Of a stretch of DNA of 64,000 bases, positions 39,391 through 49,376 are shown in pieces. This DNA is from Candidatus Latescibacterota bacterium. GTDB taxonomy: Bacteria; Latescibacterota; UBA2968; UBA8231. Position 1 is the stretch's first letter. Every line of letters begins with the position of its first letter. The DNA is taken from the NCBI GenBank assembly GCA_965197905.1, contig CBDAOB010000003.1:96001-160000 (forward strand), given 5' to 3'. The notes beneath the pieces are model-generated. The model saw nothing but the letters and a program-made list of their open reading frames with translations, made no database searches and was not told the DNA's origin. Position numbers and translations under genes: made by a program.

Positions 39391-42282
39391 CTAAATAGGT
39401 CGGCCAAATTCAGTAAAACCTACGAGCATTCTCACGAAGAAGGTGCGCGTGTAGACATCGCGGTTGTCAAGAAACGGCGAGTCGTACTCAATCTTTTCAG
39501 CGTTGAAACCCACGATCGTAACGAGGTCATAACCAAAGTATCGCGAGCTGTTGGTCAGTGAAGCGAATGCCGTGCGCTGTTCAAAGCTGTTGCGCTTTGA
39601 AGTATCGTCACGACGGCGATACGGCATGGGGCCCACTCCCTGGAATCCGAACCGCAGATTCGTCCGGGAGAGAAGCGGATATTCGATACGGAGAATGGGA
39701 ATCGATCGCAGCTCAGATTCCAGGCGTACATCGCGGTCCCTATCCACCAGACGCAGCAGCAACAGTTTGTACTGAGGGGTAATCATCAGTTCGCCCCAGC
39801 GCCACACATACTGGATACGACTGGCCGAGGTCCAGAAATCGATCCGGCGCTGGCGCTGAAAGAGGCTGCCGCGCAGCTCGCCGCCGTTTTGCCAATTGAA
39901 ACGCCCCCGCAGTTTCTGCACGAACTCGACGGACGACCAAGGAGTAAGGCGGCCTTCCAGGTAGGTATCGCTTACCATGCTGTCCCGGTAGAACAGTTGA
40001 TCGGGCAGGAAGTCAAGTGCCAGGTGCACCGGCGATCCCGTGTCATTATCGAACACCACGATCTCATCGGGGATGTCGTCCTGCACCCTGCGCACGCTAC
40101 TCTCGAAAAACAGGCTTCTGAGTCCTCCCTCTCCCTGCCGCCGGTAGCTAACTTGACCGTAAGTCGAGCGGTTGTGCCCGCTTCCTGCGATTTCATCTAT
40201 ATCGTAGCGGCCGGCCGCCGCGGACCAGTGTCGCGTCAGATTCATCTGGCCGAACAGGTGGTAACCGCGCTCGTCGTACTCATAGGGGTAGTCGACTTCC
40301 CCATCGTCCTCGCGGATGTCCGGCTCATCATTGTTGTTGTGGTCCAACCCATACACGTAGGTGTTGGGCTCCACATCGAACATCAGAAACGGCTCTTCGT
40401 AGTCCGGCAGCCGGTTGAGATTGCGATTGGTGTCAGGGGCGCCATCGTTGTCCGTGTCCTGATTCACCCAGACCCCGTCGACATCGGTGCCGACGCCGTC
40501 CCCGGGGATGCCCGGGGCGTTGCCGTATTTGATGTCCGGATAGCGATCACTATCCTCGTTGTCATCCACCAGCTGCCAGTACATGTAGTTGTTGAGTAAC
40601 CCGTCCAAATGGCCCTGTTCGTGGCTGATTTCGAGTGGCAGAAAAGAGCGCATCTCGGTCTGGTAATGTGGATTGATAGAAAATAGCTCGGCGCCAACCA
40701 GCCCGTGGCCAAAGCGTCGAACGGCGTTGAGGAAGTAGGCCACACCTCGATCGGTGAAACGCGGGGCGCGGTCGAAGGCTGCCTGTCCGTCGATGCGGGC
40801 TGGGTAGCGGGAATAAACGCTCGAGCGTGCGTATTCGGCCGAGATCTCGAGACCCGCAAGCGTGAGACTGGCATCGGCGCTGTAGACGAAGTGACCGGTG
40901 TTTTCCCCGACATTGAAACGTACCCGGCGCAGATTTGAGAGATCCTGAACATTGCCCTCGGAACGCCGCACGATCTGGTAGTAGGTGCCGGAGTAGCGGT
41001 CCGTGTAGTTGGTGGCCGATTGGGATTTGGTGTACAACATGGCCACGTCCACCAGGTAATCGTTCGCTAATAAAGCCTCCACGGCCACGGACTGGACATC
41101 AGGTTCCAGGGACATGTCGAACAGAAATACGACCTGTTTCTCGCCATCTGCTTGCAGCCTCCGCTGCGGTGATTCCACTGTGAAGAGGGACTCGAGACCC
41201 GAAATATTGGCCTGTCTACCGACATCGATGCCCGCCTCGTGAGCCAGGCGCGCGAGGTAATCCGCGAACAGCGGAAACTCGCGATTGCGGTAGTAAAAAT
41301 CGTTGAGGACGGGAGTCCCCCCGGCACCAGCGGTGAACCGGTTGTAGGGCAGGGGGGTGAAACGGCCGTCGATTGCCGAAACAAATCCCACCTGAATTGG
41401 GGGTTCGCCCACATGGCTGATCGCCTGGGGCACGAGATCGGGACGCACCTCACCATCGATCACCAGCTGAAGATCCTGCACCACCGCCCCACCGATGCCA
41501 TCGTCGGGCGAATCGTCTCTGAAACGCACCAGAATCCAATCCATCATCGGCTGGTCTGGCTTCAACCTGCCCTTGAGGCTATTTCCGGTGGTGCTGGTGC
41601 TCTGGTAGACGTGCTGATTCGCCCAATTTAGACCCAGCCGCAAGGCGCCAATATCCGCTTGCGCCCGACTACCCAGAAGCAAGGTGGAATCATCCGCATG
41701 GTGGATCGAGGGTTGAAACGTCTCGGTGAAGTAGGTGGCGTTCACTGAGTCCATCGGTCGTTCCACCCGCGAAGCGAGAGCAGTGAATTGCAGGTACGGG
41801 ATGACCAGATCGAAGCGCATGCCGTTGAAGTTTACCTTCGAGAGCGTCAGCGGCGTGAAGCGCGCGTGCAGTGCATCGCCGACGATGAGATGATAACCCC
41901 AGTCGCCATAACCATCGGAACTTGCTACCATGTGGTCGAACACACCGGCCCATTGACCTGGTTCCTTGAAAATTGAACTGCCGAACCTCAGCCCCTCACG
42001 GCGGATTTCGGTCCAGTCATAAAGATTGTAGCCGGTTGTGAGATGGTTACCGAGGGCGTCGAACCGAGCTTGGGGGGTGTCCCGGTAAGGGGTCGTGTGG
42101 TTGAGGTAATTCTCGTAGTAGGTTATCGCATAGTTGCTATAGCCTGGCCTTTGCCAACGCAGAAACGGCTGCGATTGACCCACCTCGTTGAGTGACGTAT
42201 CGCTGCTCTCCGCCTCGCTACCCCCCAGGGCCAGGGCGAGGAGCAAGCCGCAAAGTAGCCGCCACAGCTGTTCGGTCTTCAT
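39391..42282 (-). CDS. Large exported, probably outer-membrane beta-barrel protein with Asp-rich Ca-binding-like repeats
   Basis: Signal peptide; DDNEDSDRYPD, DTDNDGAPD, DHNNNDEPD; many amphipathic beta-strand-like segments. Confidence 0.6.
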   Translation of the reverse strand: MKTEQLWRLLCGLLLALALGGSEAESSDTSLNEVGQSQPFLRWQRPGYSNYAITYYENYLNHTTPYRDTPQARFDALGNHLTTGYNLYDWTEIRREGLRFGSSIFKEPGQWAGVFDHMVASSDGYGDWGYHLIVGDALHARFTPLTLSKVNFNGMRFDLVIPYLQFTALASRVERPMDSVNATYFTETFQPSIHHADDSTLLLGSRAQADIGALRLGLNWANQHVYQSTSTTGNSLKGRLKPDQPMMDWILVRFRDDSPDDGIGGAVVQDLQLVIDGEVRPDLVPQAISHVGEPPIQVGFVSAIDGRFTPLPYNRFTAGAGGTPVLNDFYYRNREFPLFADYLARLAHEAGIDVGRQANISGLESLFTVESPQRRLQADGEKQVVFLFDMSLEPDVQSVAVEALLANDYLVDVAMLYTKSQSATNYTDRYSGTYYQIVRRSEGNVQDLSNLRRVRFNVGENTGHFVYSADASLTLAGLEISAEYARSSVYSRYPARIDGQAAFDRAPRFTDRGVAYFLNAVRRFGHGLVGAELFSINPHYQTEMRSFLPLEISHEQGHLDGLLNNYMYWQLVDDNEDSDRYPDIKYGNAPGIPGDGVGTDVDGVWVNQDTDNDGAPDTNRNLNRLPDYEEPFLMFDVEPNTYVYGLDHNNNDEPDIREDDGEVDYPYEYDERGYHLFGQMNLTRHWSAAAGRYDIDEIAGSGHNRSTYGQVSYRRQGEGGLRSLFFESSVRRVQDDIPDEIVVFDNDTGSPVHLALDFLPDQLFYRDSMVSDTYLEGRLTPWSSVEFVQKLRGRFNWQNGGELRGSLFQRQRRIDFWTSASRIQYVWRWGELMITPQYKLLLLRLVDRDRDVRLESELRSIPILRIEYPLLSRTNLRFGFQGVGPMPYRRRDDTSKRNSFEQRTAFASLTNSSRYFGYDLVTIVGFNAEKIEYDSPFLDNRDVYTRTFFVRMLVGFTEFGRPI

Positions 42283-42472
42283 GGGTCCTCTTACGGTTTG
42301 TGCGGAGGTCCAGCCGGATATCAGACGCTCCAGCTACTTAGGAGGGGATGCGTCATGGCTCGCCTCTGCTGCATCGCGCTCTTACAGTTGGATGACGGCG
42401 AGGCAGAAGACCTTTCGTATGTGCCACGCGAGCATCCCCGACCTCAACACAATAAGGAAATTGATTGCTGGG

Positions 42473-42520
42473 AGACAAGATCTCGCCAAATAATGTCTGG
42501 TTTATCGCCACCTCGGCCAT
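42473..42520 (-). mobile_element. IS1380-like transposase tail relic
   Basis: MAEVAINQTLFGEILS; DNA closely similar to 33690-33738. Confidence 0.6.
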
Positions 42521-42595
42521 TCGCGTGAAGATGTTCCAGGCATAGCTGATCGCGCCGTACTGAGGGTCTGGACGTCTGCTGCGCGGAGGGTCAGC

Positions 42596-44092
42596 CTATG
42601 GTGTTTCTTCCAGGTAGGCGCCGTAGAAGAAAGCGTCGTCCCACCTGTCCCCTTCCCATGTCACCTTGAGACGAATGGGATCGTCGAGTCCGGAAAGCTG
42701 CTCCTGCTCCTTCCAGTGGACGGGCTGCCGCAGCCCCGACTCCGCCAACTCCAGACATGCGGCGCCGGAATATCCGGGCAGGGGCCCGAACTCGAGGTCT
42801 AGAACGTCCACCTTCAGGCGGGCATTGGGCGAGAGACCATCGGCGTTGAGAAAAACTCGCGCCTGAGCGCCCTGGAGGCGAATGGGACAGGTGACGAAGT
42901 GGGGGTTGGTTTTCTCGGGCACACGGTCGCCCACGTGCTCGCGCCAGAAGAGGGTGTGGGTATCTTCTGGCATCAGTTTTTTGGGTTTGGGATCCGGCAC
43001 CACCTCGAAATAACCGAGCCGGTCGCGCTCCCACCGGGCAACGCAAATGAACCCTCCCCGCCACGGGGAGTACCAGACCAGGGTTTCGTCGCCCATATTC
43101 TCGAATCCCTGACCCTGCTCCAGGCACGGCAGCGGCCTCACGACCCGGGGCTTATCTACTTCGTAGGCGGATATGATCTGGAAGTCGGGAATGGGCTCGA
43201 CGAACTGCAGACCGTCGTTGCTCACGGCCAGCCCCAGGTCCATCGAAACAAAAGCGCGGTCATTGCTCTCGCCGTGCCACTGGCCGTAGAAGCCGATTAT
43301 CACGTTGCCCCGATTCCACAGGCTGGCTCCAAGGTGAACCTGCTCACCCGCATGACAACCGGCAATCTGTTTGTACGGGGGCACGTCGCGCCTCAGACCG
43401 ACGGCCACGCCATCCGACCAGTGGTCGAAGTCGTAGGACATGTAGGTGACCAGAGCGCGCTTGGAGCCGACGTTGCCGCCCTGGCCGTTCAGGTAGTAGC
43501 AACCGTTGAACTTCATCAGGCCCCCGGGCTCGATGGCGTTGTGTTTGAGGATCGGATTGTCGGGCCCATCCTTCCAGCGTAACCCGTCGGGGCTGTAGGC
43601 AGCGATGTTGAAGAACGGATGGACTTCGTTGACCAGCTTGAAACGGCGCTCTGGATCCGGGTCTTCCTCATCGTAGAGTACCAGCAGCGCGGTGATCGAG
43701 TTCCGGTATTCGCTGTCGAACTGGACCAGGTTGTTCTTCTTGCTGCCCCTGAATTCCGCCAGACCCAGCTCCGGTTTCTCCCAGTTTATTCCATCCTGGC
43801 TCACGGCGTAGCAGATGCGTTTTCCCGTTTCGCCGCTGTCATCGCCGGCGCCGATGTACCACATGCGCAGCTCGTCTCCGATGCGAATCACCGTGCCGTA
43901 GAATTTTACATCGAGGTGGTCGGGCGCTTCGGGTCCGCCGCAATCCAGTACGTGGTTGTGGGGAGAGTACGGATTTGTCGCCGGGATCAGTCCCGGCTGC
44001 AACAGGTACCGCAGCTGAATGGAGCGAGCATCGAAGGGAAAGAGAACTGCTTCCTTCAGGTCTACTGATGGTCCGCCATTTTCTACTATCAT
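42596..44092 (-). CDS. Beta-propeller glycosidase-like protein
   Basis: ATG 44092 after AAGGAG; YAVSQDGINWEKP, SPDGLRW, SYDFDHW, WERDRLG. Confidence 0.7.
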   Translation of the reverse strand: MIVENGGPSVDLKEAVLFPFDARSIQLRYLLQPGLIPATNPYSPHNHVLDCGGPEAPDHLDVKFYGTVIRIGDELRMWYIGAGDDSGETGKRICYAVSQDGINWEKPELGLAEFRGSKKNNLVQFDSEYRNSITALLVLYDEEDPDPERRFKLVNEVHPFFNIAAYSPDGLRWKDGPDNPILKHNAIEPGGLMKFNGCYYLNGQGGNVGSKRALVTYMSYDFDHWSDGVAVGLRRDVPPYKQIAGCHAGEQVHLGASLWNRGNVIIGFYGQWHGESNDRAFVSMDLGLAVSNDGLQFVEPIPDFQIISAYEVDKPRVVRPLPCLEQGQGFENMGDETLVWYSPWRGGFICVARWERDRLGYFEVVPDPKPKKLMPEDTHTLFWREHVGDRVPEKTNPHFVTCPIRLQGAQARVFLNADGLSPNARLKVDVLDLEFGPLPGYSGAACLELAESGLRQPVHWKEQEQLSGLDDPIRLKVTWEGDRWDDAFFYGAYLEETP

Positions 44093-44202
44093 CGTCGACT
44101 CCTTCTGCAATGTCTCCTGGAGCGTCCCGGCACGGCGCTTTCCGCGCCAGGTCGTTCCCGTGCGTCTGCGCGAAGCCGCGGCGTTCCGACCCCTGGCAGT
44201 AG

Positions 44203-44230
44203 CGGGTATTCCCCCTACCAAAATCAGTTG
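44203..44230 (-). mobile_element. Isolated IS1380-like right end
   Basis: CGGGTATTCCCCCTACCAAAATCAGTTG is the reverse complement of 33809-33836 with 2 mismatches. Confidence 0.65.
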
Positions 44231-44357
44231 GGGTTTAGATCGAACTCAATTCTGCTTGAGAATAAGGAATGGCCTTCCACGTTGCTCCACATACGGGACG
44301 GCGCGATGTGGCCAGCACCCCTTTTTTGCTGAAATAATGGTAGCAAGCCCTGACAGG

Positions 44358-44400
44358 CACTCAGCAGCCGGCTATAGCCGGAGCCTTCCACTGCTGAGTG
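44358..44400. terminator. Stem-loop downstream of the sulfatase gene
   Basis: CACTCAGCAG/CTGCTGAGTG enclosing the palindrome CCGGCTATAGCCGG; no clear U-tract. Confidence 0.4.
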
Positions 44401-44434
44401 GGGCGTTCGTTCATGGTTGCCTCCGCACGCAACG

Positions 44435-45796
44435 TTAGTACGGCGCCGGGCCGTCTCCGGACGGTATCATTGCCACGAAGTGGTCGCTGGTCTCTTTGCA
44501 CCATTCCCGAAGATAGGACCGCATACCCGCCAGCACTGGCGCGAAACGGGAGCTACCTGCAAGATTCACTATCTCCCCGGGGTCTGTCCTCAGGTCAAAC
44601 AGCTGCTCACGATACCGGCCCCAGTCATAGATGACATACTTGTACTGACCGTCGTACACCGCCCGGCCGATCAGATTCTTGCCGCCGTGCTTACCCATCT
44701 GCATGCCCGGAAGATGGCGAGGAGCCCGGTCAACCTCGATAACCAGGTGTTCACGCCACGAAGCGGGGACCATGGTGCTTGACGTTTCCTCTACTACCGG
44801 ACGCAGCGACCGCCCGCGCAGGCGGGCTGGCGGATCGATCGCCGCGTAGTCGCAGAATGACGGCAAAAGGTCGAGCCCGGTGTGGACCAGCGCCGGTGAA
44901 ACCTTGGAGACGAAGCCGCCAGCAGCCTTCGGGGGCTTGACAATCAGCGGCACGTTCGCGGCCTCTTCGTAGAGCACCAGCTTCTGCTTCAATCTGTGTG
45001 CACCCTGGCCGTCGCCGTGATCGCTGATGAAAACGACGAGCGTCTCGTCGTACAGCCCGCCATTGCGAAGCCCCTCGAGGACGATCCCTATGTGGCTGTC
45101 AACCAATTCGACAAGCCGGAAGTACGCACTACGGTATCGCCGCCACCAGTTGGGATCGTCGGTTTGGTGATCCGTAGAGAACGCGGATGGATGGGTCGCC
45201 GTAAACGATCGGATGGCCTGCGGTTCATATTCACTGATTTCGTGGTTGAGCGGCAGGATCGGGCAGTCAGGTATGTGGCGTTCTTCTATCGACCCGAGGT
45301 ACGTATCCTGCTCGCGTGCCCACTGGCATATGTTATGGGGATTGATGAACGAGGCGACGAGGAAGAATGGGTTGCTGCCGTCTCTTTGGCCGTGGTCCAG
45401 AAGGAACTCGCGGCAATGGGCGGCCATATCAGCGTCGTGGGATCGCGAAAGCGGTTCGAATCCGCATATCTCCGGTTTCTCATTTAGCGCCAAGGAGCGA
45501 TTGCCGGCGTAGTAGCAGTCGTAGCCGGACGCCGACAGGATTCGGCCAAGTGTTGCATCTGCATTCGAAATATCGCCCTCGGCAAACGATATCTCATGCG
45601 GCAGCGTGCCAGTAATGATGCTGTTGCGCGCCGGCGCGCACGATGGAGTGGCGCAGTACGCGCGCTCGAACCGCACGCCATCCGCGGCAAGGCTGTCGAT
45701 CATCGGTGTCGAAATCTCGGCATTTCCCGCGCAGCTCATGGCATTCGCTGACTGTTGGTCGGTGAAGATGAGCAAGATGTTCGGTCGTTCACTCAT
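44435..45796 (-). CDS. Formylglycine-type (S1) sulfatase
   Basis: PNILLIFTDQ, CAPAR (CxPxR), SDHGD, LFDLRTDPGE. Confidence 0.9.
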   Translation of the reverse strand: MSERPNILLIFTDQQSANAMSCAGNAEISTPMIDSLAADGVRFERAYCATPSCAPARNSIITGTLPHEISFAEGDISNADATLGRILSASGYDCYYAGNRSLALNEKPEICGFEPLSRSHDADMAAHCREFLLDHGQRDGSNPFFLVASFINPHNICQWAREQDTYLGSIEERHIPDCPILPLNHEISEYEPQAIRSFTATHPSAFSTDHQTDDPNWWRRYRSAYFRLVELVDSHIGIVLEGLRNGGLYDETLVVFISDHGDGQGAHRLKQKLVLYEEAANVPLIVKPPKAAGGFVSKVSPALVHTGLDLLPSFCDYAAIDPPARLRGRSLRPVVEETSSTMVPASWREHLVIEVDRAPRHLPGMQMGKHGGKNLIGRAVYDGQYKYVIYDWGRYREQLFDLRTDPGEIVNLAGSSRFAPVLAGMRSYLREWCKETSDHFVAMIPSGDGPAPY

Positions 45797-45886
45797 AGGA
45801 ACTTTCCTCTGGATTAGGTAGCATAAGGCATGTTATTCGCGCCAAGCTGAACTCAGAGTAACTAGCCGGTATAACTCCCTGTCCCC

Positions 45887-47371
45887 TCATTCGAACCAGT
45901 AGGAGTAGAGTTGCGCCTTGCGCATCCGGAAGCGGAGGCGAACCTCGCGACCCGCCATCGGTGACAGATCGGTTTTTCCGTCCCACCTCACGTCGGCGGC
46001 AACCTCGTCGCCACTTACCGGATCGCTCAAGCGCGGCAGCTGGTGCTCGCGAGTTCCTTTGCCGGGGCGCGGCACCACCTTGACGATGTTGAACGGCTCC
46101 GTCGGTTGCCCCGCTGGATCGAGGAAAGCCACGCGAAGCTCTCCGCCGGTCGCCGTCACATTGACGCGGAGTCTCGAGGTCCCCTGGGGCAGAGAAAGCG
46201 TTCGTGTAACGAGGCTTCCTTCCTCGTCATCCGCATCCAACGACAGAAAGCCATCCCGGCGCAAGACCGCCAGACAGACGGCGCCGCTGTCGGAATCCTG
46301 GAAGTCCGGTTTCGGCGACCAGCCGGAATATTTCAGGCCGTTGTAGTAGAACCACAACTCTTCATCCCGTACCACCGCGTTCGACGGCGGCTGACTCTTC
46401 GCTGTGTCGTAAGCGCCACCACCGACATACGAGGGACGCATAAAAGGTTGTCGCTCGGCAACGCGGGACCATCTGCGCAGGTCGCGGCTGCAAACCAGAG
46501 GAAAAGTCGTGAAGGCAAACTGCGGTCCCTCCCCTTCCTTGCCGGGGCCGAAGCGGTGGAAGAAGGCAGGGATACCGAGATAGATCGATTCGTAGCGAAA
46601 TACCCCCATGTTGTAGATGTCCACATTGTGCCAGTCCCAATGATCGGGGTAGTCCGATTGAGAATAGAGAGTGGGCGTGTTCATGTACCAATGGATCTGT
46701 TCCGGTGCCAACTCCTGATCGAGCTCGTCGGTTTGGAACATCAGCTCGCTCTGCGTCCAGTGGTCAAAGTCGGTGCTGGTGACGAGGCCAACCGAGCGCC
46801 CATACACGCCTCCAACCTTTGGAGTACCGATAAAGAGACCCGTTTTGGTGTCGTGGGAGAGGTTCCATTCGTCCGCCGAACGCATCGGCGTATCGTCGCA
46901 CTGCTCCCAGGTTTCGAGATCGGCGGAAGTGGCTGGAAGCAGATGACGACCTGTATGGCGCAGGGATTTGTAGCGCCGCGCCGAGTCCGGGTCATCCCCA
47001 TCCCGCAGCAGCACGTACGGCGAAAACGAGCCCCCGTCGGGCAGCCTGGTGGGAAAAAAGAAGCTGTCTCCATCCCCAATCCGCACGGGTGCCCAGTTGA
47101 GGCCGTCGCGGCTTTCCCACAGACAGCAGGAACTGGTTGGGGCGCCGGTCTCCACCACGATGTAGCGGTAGAGCTCCTTCTCCGGATCCCAAAACGGCAT
47201 GCTGCGGACCTGGTAGATGCCTCCGCCGTTTGAAATCACATCGGGGCGGATGACTGCCCCCCTTTTTTTCGGATGGTGCAAGGTCTGGCGCAGTCGACGG
47301 ATCTCGGCAATGTCGACATCGTCCAAAAAGAGTTGCCGTTCGCCCAGATCGATCTTCAGCGGCTGTTCCAC
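45887..47371 (-). CDS. Beta-propeller glycosidase-like protein
   Basis: RQLFLDD, SRDGLNW, STDFDHW, SRDLRRW, LRRDGF, LYSYWF. Confidence 0.72.
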   Translation of the reverse strand: MEQPLKIDLGERQLFLDDVDIAEIRRLRQTLHHPKKRGAVIRPDVISNGGGIYQVRSMPFWDPEKELYRYIVVETGAPTSSCCLWESRDGLNWAPVRIGDGDSFFFPTRLPDGGSFSPYVLLRDGDDPDSARRYKSLRHTGRHLLPATSADLETWEQCDDTPMRSADEWNLSHDTKTGLFIGTPKVGGVYGRSVGLVTSTDFDHWTQSELMFQTDELDQELAPEQIHWYMNTPTLYSQSDYPDHWDWHNVDIYNMGVFRYESIYLGIPAFFHRFGPGKEGEGPQFAFTTFPLVCSRDLRRWSRVAERQPFMRPSYVGGGAYDTAKSQPPSNAVVRDEELWFYYNGLKYSGWSPKPDFQDSDSGAVCLAVLRRDGFLSLDADDEEGSLVTRTLSLPQGTSRLRVNVTATGGELRVAFLDPAGQPTEPFNIVKVVPRPGKGTREHQLPRLSDPVSGDEVAADVRWDGKTDLSPMAGREVRLRFRMRKAQLYSYWFE

Positions 47372-47443
47372 CGGATGTACCTTATGACGTCCCTCTTTCA
47401 GGTGTGTCTCGTTCCACGAGAGAGTGTCCCTTTCCGAGACCGG

Positions 47444-47723
47444 CTAATCCAGTCGGAGGAAGGTGCCGGCGATGTGGCGCACGATCTGGACCTCTTCGAT
47501 CGGTTCTTCGTTAGCGCAGAACCAGTAGGCGACGAAGATGCGACCGTCGCTGAGCTCGGTGAGCATCTGGTACCCCAGGTCATAGCTGTATCCATCTCCT
47601 CTTACCACGAACTCCTCGCTCCAAGTCTCACCCAGATCGTCGCTGACCACGCCCATGGCGATGGTCCTGGAGCTCGACCCTGCGAACGCCGACTCTTCTC
47701 CGGGATGACGTCTGTTCGACCAT
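47444..47723 (-). pseudogene. Head-plus-tail stub of a BNR/sialidase-like gene
   Basis: AAGGAG + MVEQTSSRRRVGVRRVELQDHRH joined out of frame to MGVVSDDLGETW..DLGY..DGRIFVAYW..RHIAGTF*. Confidence 0.75.
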
Positions 47724-47967
47724 GGGTGATCTCCTTGATTCGGCCGGCAGGGTGTTCACAAGCGATACAGATATACGCCGCTGGCCGGCTCACGTCCACG
47801 TTTATCCGGGCATGCGTGCTGTCTCAGCCTGCAAGCACTGAGCTCGATTTATACATTACATCTATAGTCGCACGGTGAGCTGAAGTGGACGCGCTCATCG
47901 ATCGTCGGCGGTTGGCTGTGTGCCCGACGATACAGCCTATTGGAAAACCAGAGATGGGAGCGACAAC

Positions 47968-49083
47968 ATGAGCAGTGTGAGGGTATTAGTGGGAACGCGG
48001 AAAGGCGCGTTTGTCCTGACGGCCGATGGGACGCGGAAGGACTGGGTTATCGACGGACCTCATTTCCCCGGATGGGAGATTTACCATCTTTCCAGCTCTC
48101 CCGCCGACCCCGAGCGCCTGTACGCCTCACAATGCAGCGATTGGTTCGGGCAGGTGATTCATCGCTCCAACGATGGCGGCAAGACCTGGGAGACGATGGG
48201 AAACGAGTTCGAATACCAAGGCGAAGCGGGCAATCACCAGTGGTATGACGGCACTCCCCATCCGTGGGAGTTCAAGCGCGTGTGGCACCTCGAACCATCG
48301 TTGGACGACCCGGACACCGTCTACGCGGGGGTCGAAGATGCGGCCCTCTTCCGATCGGTCGATGGTGCCAAAACCTGGCAGGAGCTTTCCGGATTGCGCG
48401 GTCATGGCACGGGTCCCCAATGGCAACCGGGCGCCGGGGGCATGTGTCTGCACACGATCCTGCTGGATGCCGCAAACGCCCAGCGGATCTACACCGCCGT
48501 TTCGGCTGCTGGAGCTTTCCGAACCGACGACGGCGGTGAAACATGGAAGCCGATAAATCAAGGACTGCGCTCCGATTACATTCCCGATCCAACGGCCGAG
48601 GTGGGCCATTGCGTCCACCGCCTCGCCATGCATTCGTCGCGCCCGCAGGTGTTGTTCATGCAGAAGCATTGGGATGTCATGCGCAGCGACAACGCCGGCG
48701 ATGAATGGAGCGAAGTAAGCGGCGATCTCCCGAGTGATTTCGGTTTCCCGATCGGGGTCCACGCGCACGAGCCAGAAACCATTTACGTGGTGCCGATCAA
48801 GAGCGACTCCGAACATTTCCCTCCGGACGGCAAGCTGCGCGTCTATCGAAGCCGGACCGGGGGCAACGAATGGGAAGCGCTCACCGATGGCTTGCCACAG
48901 AGTCACTGTTACGTGAACGTGTTGCGGGACGCGATGGCCATTGACTCCCTCGACACCTGTGGGGTGTATTTCGGCACCACCGGAGGGCAAGTCTATGCCT
49001 CCTCCGACAGCGGTGACCGCTGGAGCCCCATCGTGAGGGATTTTCCGGCCGTTCTATCCGTCGAGGTGCAGAACCTGCCGTGA
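47968..49083 (+). CDS. BNR/Asp-box repeat beta-propeller protein
   Basis: LVGTRKG; repeated S-x-D-G-G-x-T-W boxes; GHCVH. Confidence 0.88.
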   Translation: MSSVRVLVGTRKGAFVLTADGTRKDWVIDGPHFPGWEIYHLSSSPADPERLYASQCSDWFGQVIHRSNDGGKTWETMGNEFEYQGEAGNHQWYDGTPHPWEFKRVWHLEPSLDDPDTVYAGVEDAALFRSVDGAKTWQELSGLRGHGTGPQWQPGAGGMCLHTILLDAANAQRIYTAVSAAGAFRTDDGGETWKPINQGLRSDYIPDPTAEVGHCVHRLAMHSSRPQVLFMQKHWDVMRSDNAGDEWSEVSGDLPSDFGFPIGVHAHEPETIYVVPIKSDSEHFPPDGKLRVYRSRTGGNEWEALTDGLPQSHCYVNVLRDAMAIDSLDTCGVYFGTTGGQVYASSDSGDRWSPIVRDFPAVLSVEVQNLP

Positions 49084-49376
49084 TCCAGGTCGCCCTGCCC
49101 CAGCACCTGAGGACGCTGGCGAAGATCGACGGCGAGGTTCGAGTCGAGGTGGAGGGTTCCGTCACTCAGCGCTCCGTGCTCGACGCCCTCGAAACCGCTT
49201 ACCCGATGTTGCGCGGAACGATTCGTGACCAGCAGACGCAGATGCGGCGTCCTTTCCTCCGCTTCTTCGCTTGCGAAGAAGACATATCCCACGAAGGGGC
49301 GGACGCTCCATTGCCCGAAGCGGTCGCAGGCGGAGCAGAACCCCTCTTCATCATCGGGGCCATTGCCGGCGGGTAG
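49080..49376 (+). CDS. MoaD/ThiS ubiquitin-like protein
   Basis: LPQHLR, YPMLRG, C-terminal IAGG; GTGA overlap with the upstream gene. Confidence 0.88.
   Translation: MIQVALPQHLRTLAKIDGEVRVEVEGSVTQRSVLDALETAYPMLRGTIRDQQTQMRRPFLRFFACEEDISHEGADAPLPEAVAGGAEPLFIIGAIAGG

Noticed and set aside
47816..47845. Possible H-type pseudoknot/SAM-II-like leader upstream of the BNR stub
   Set aside because: Stems are only 5 bp and the riboswitch consensus nucleotides are not matched.
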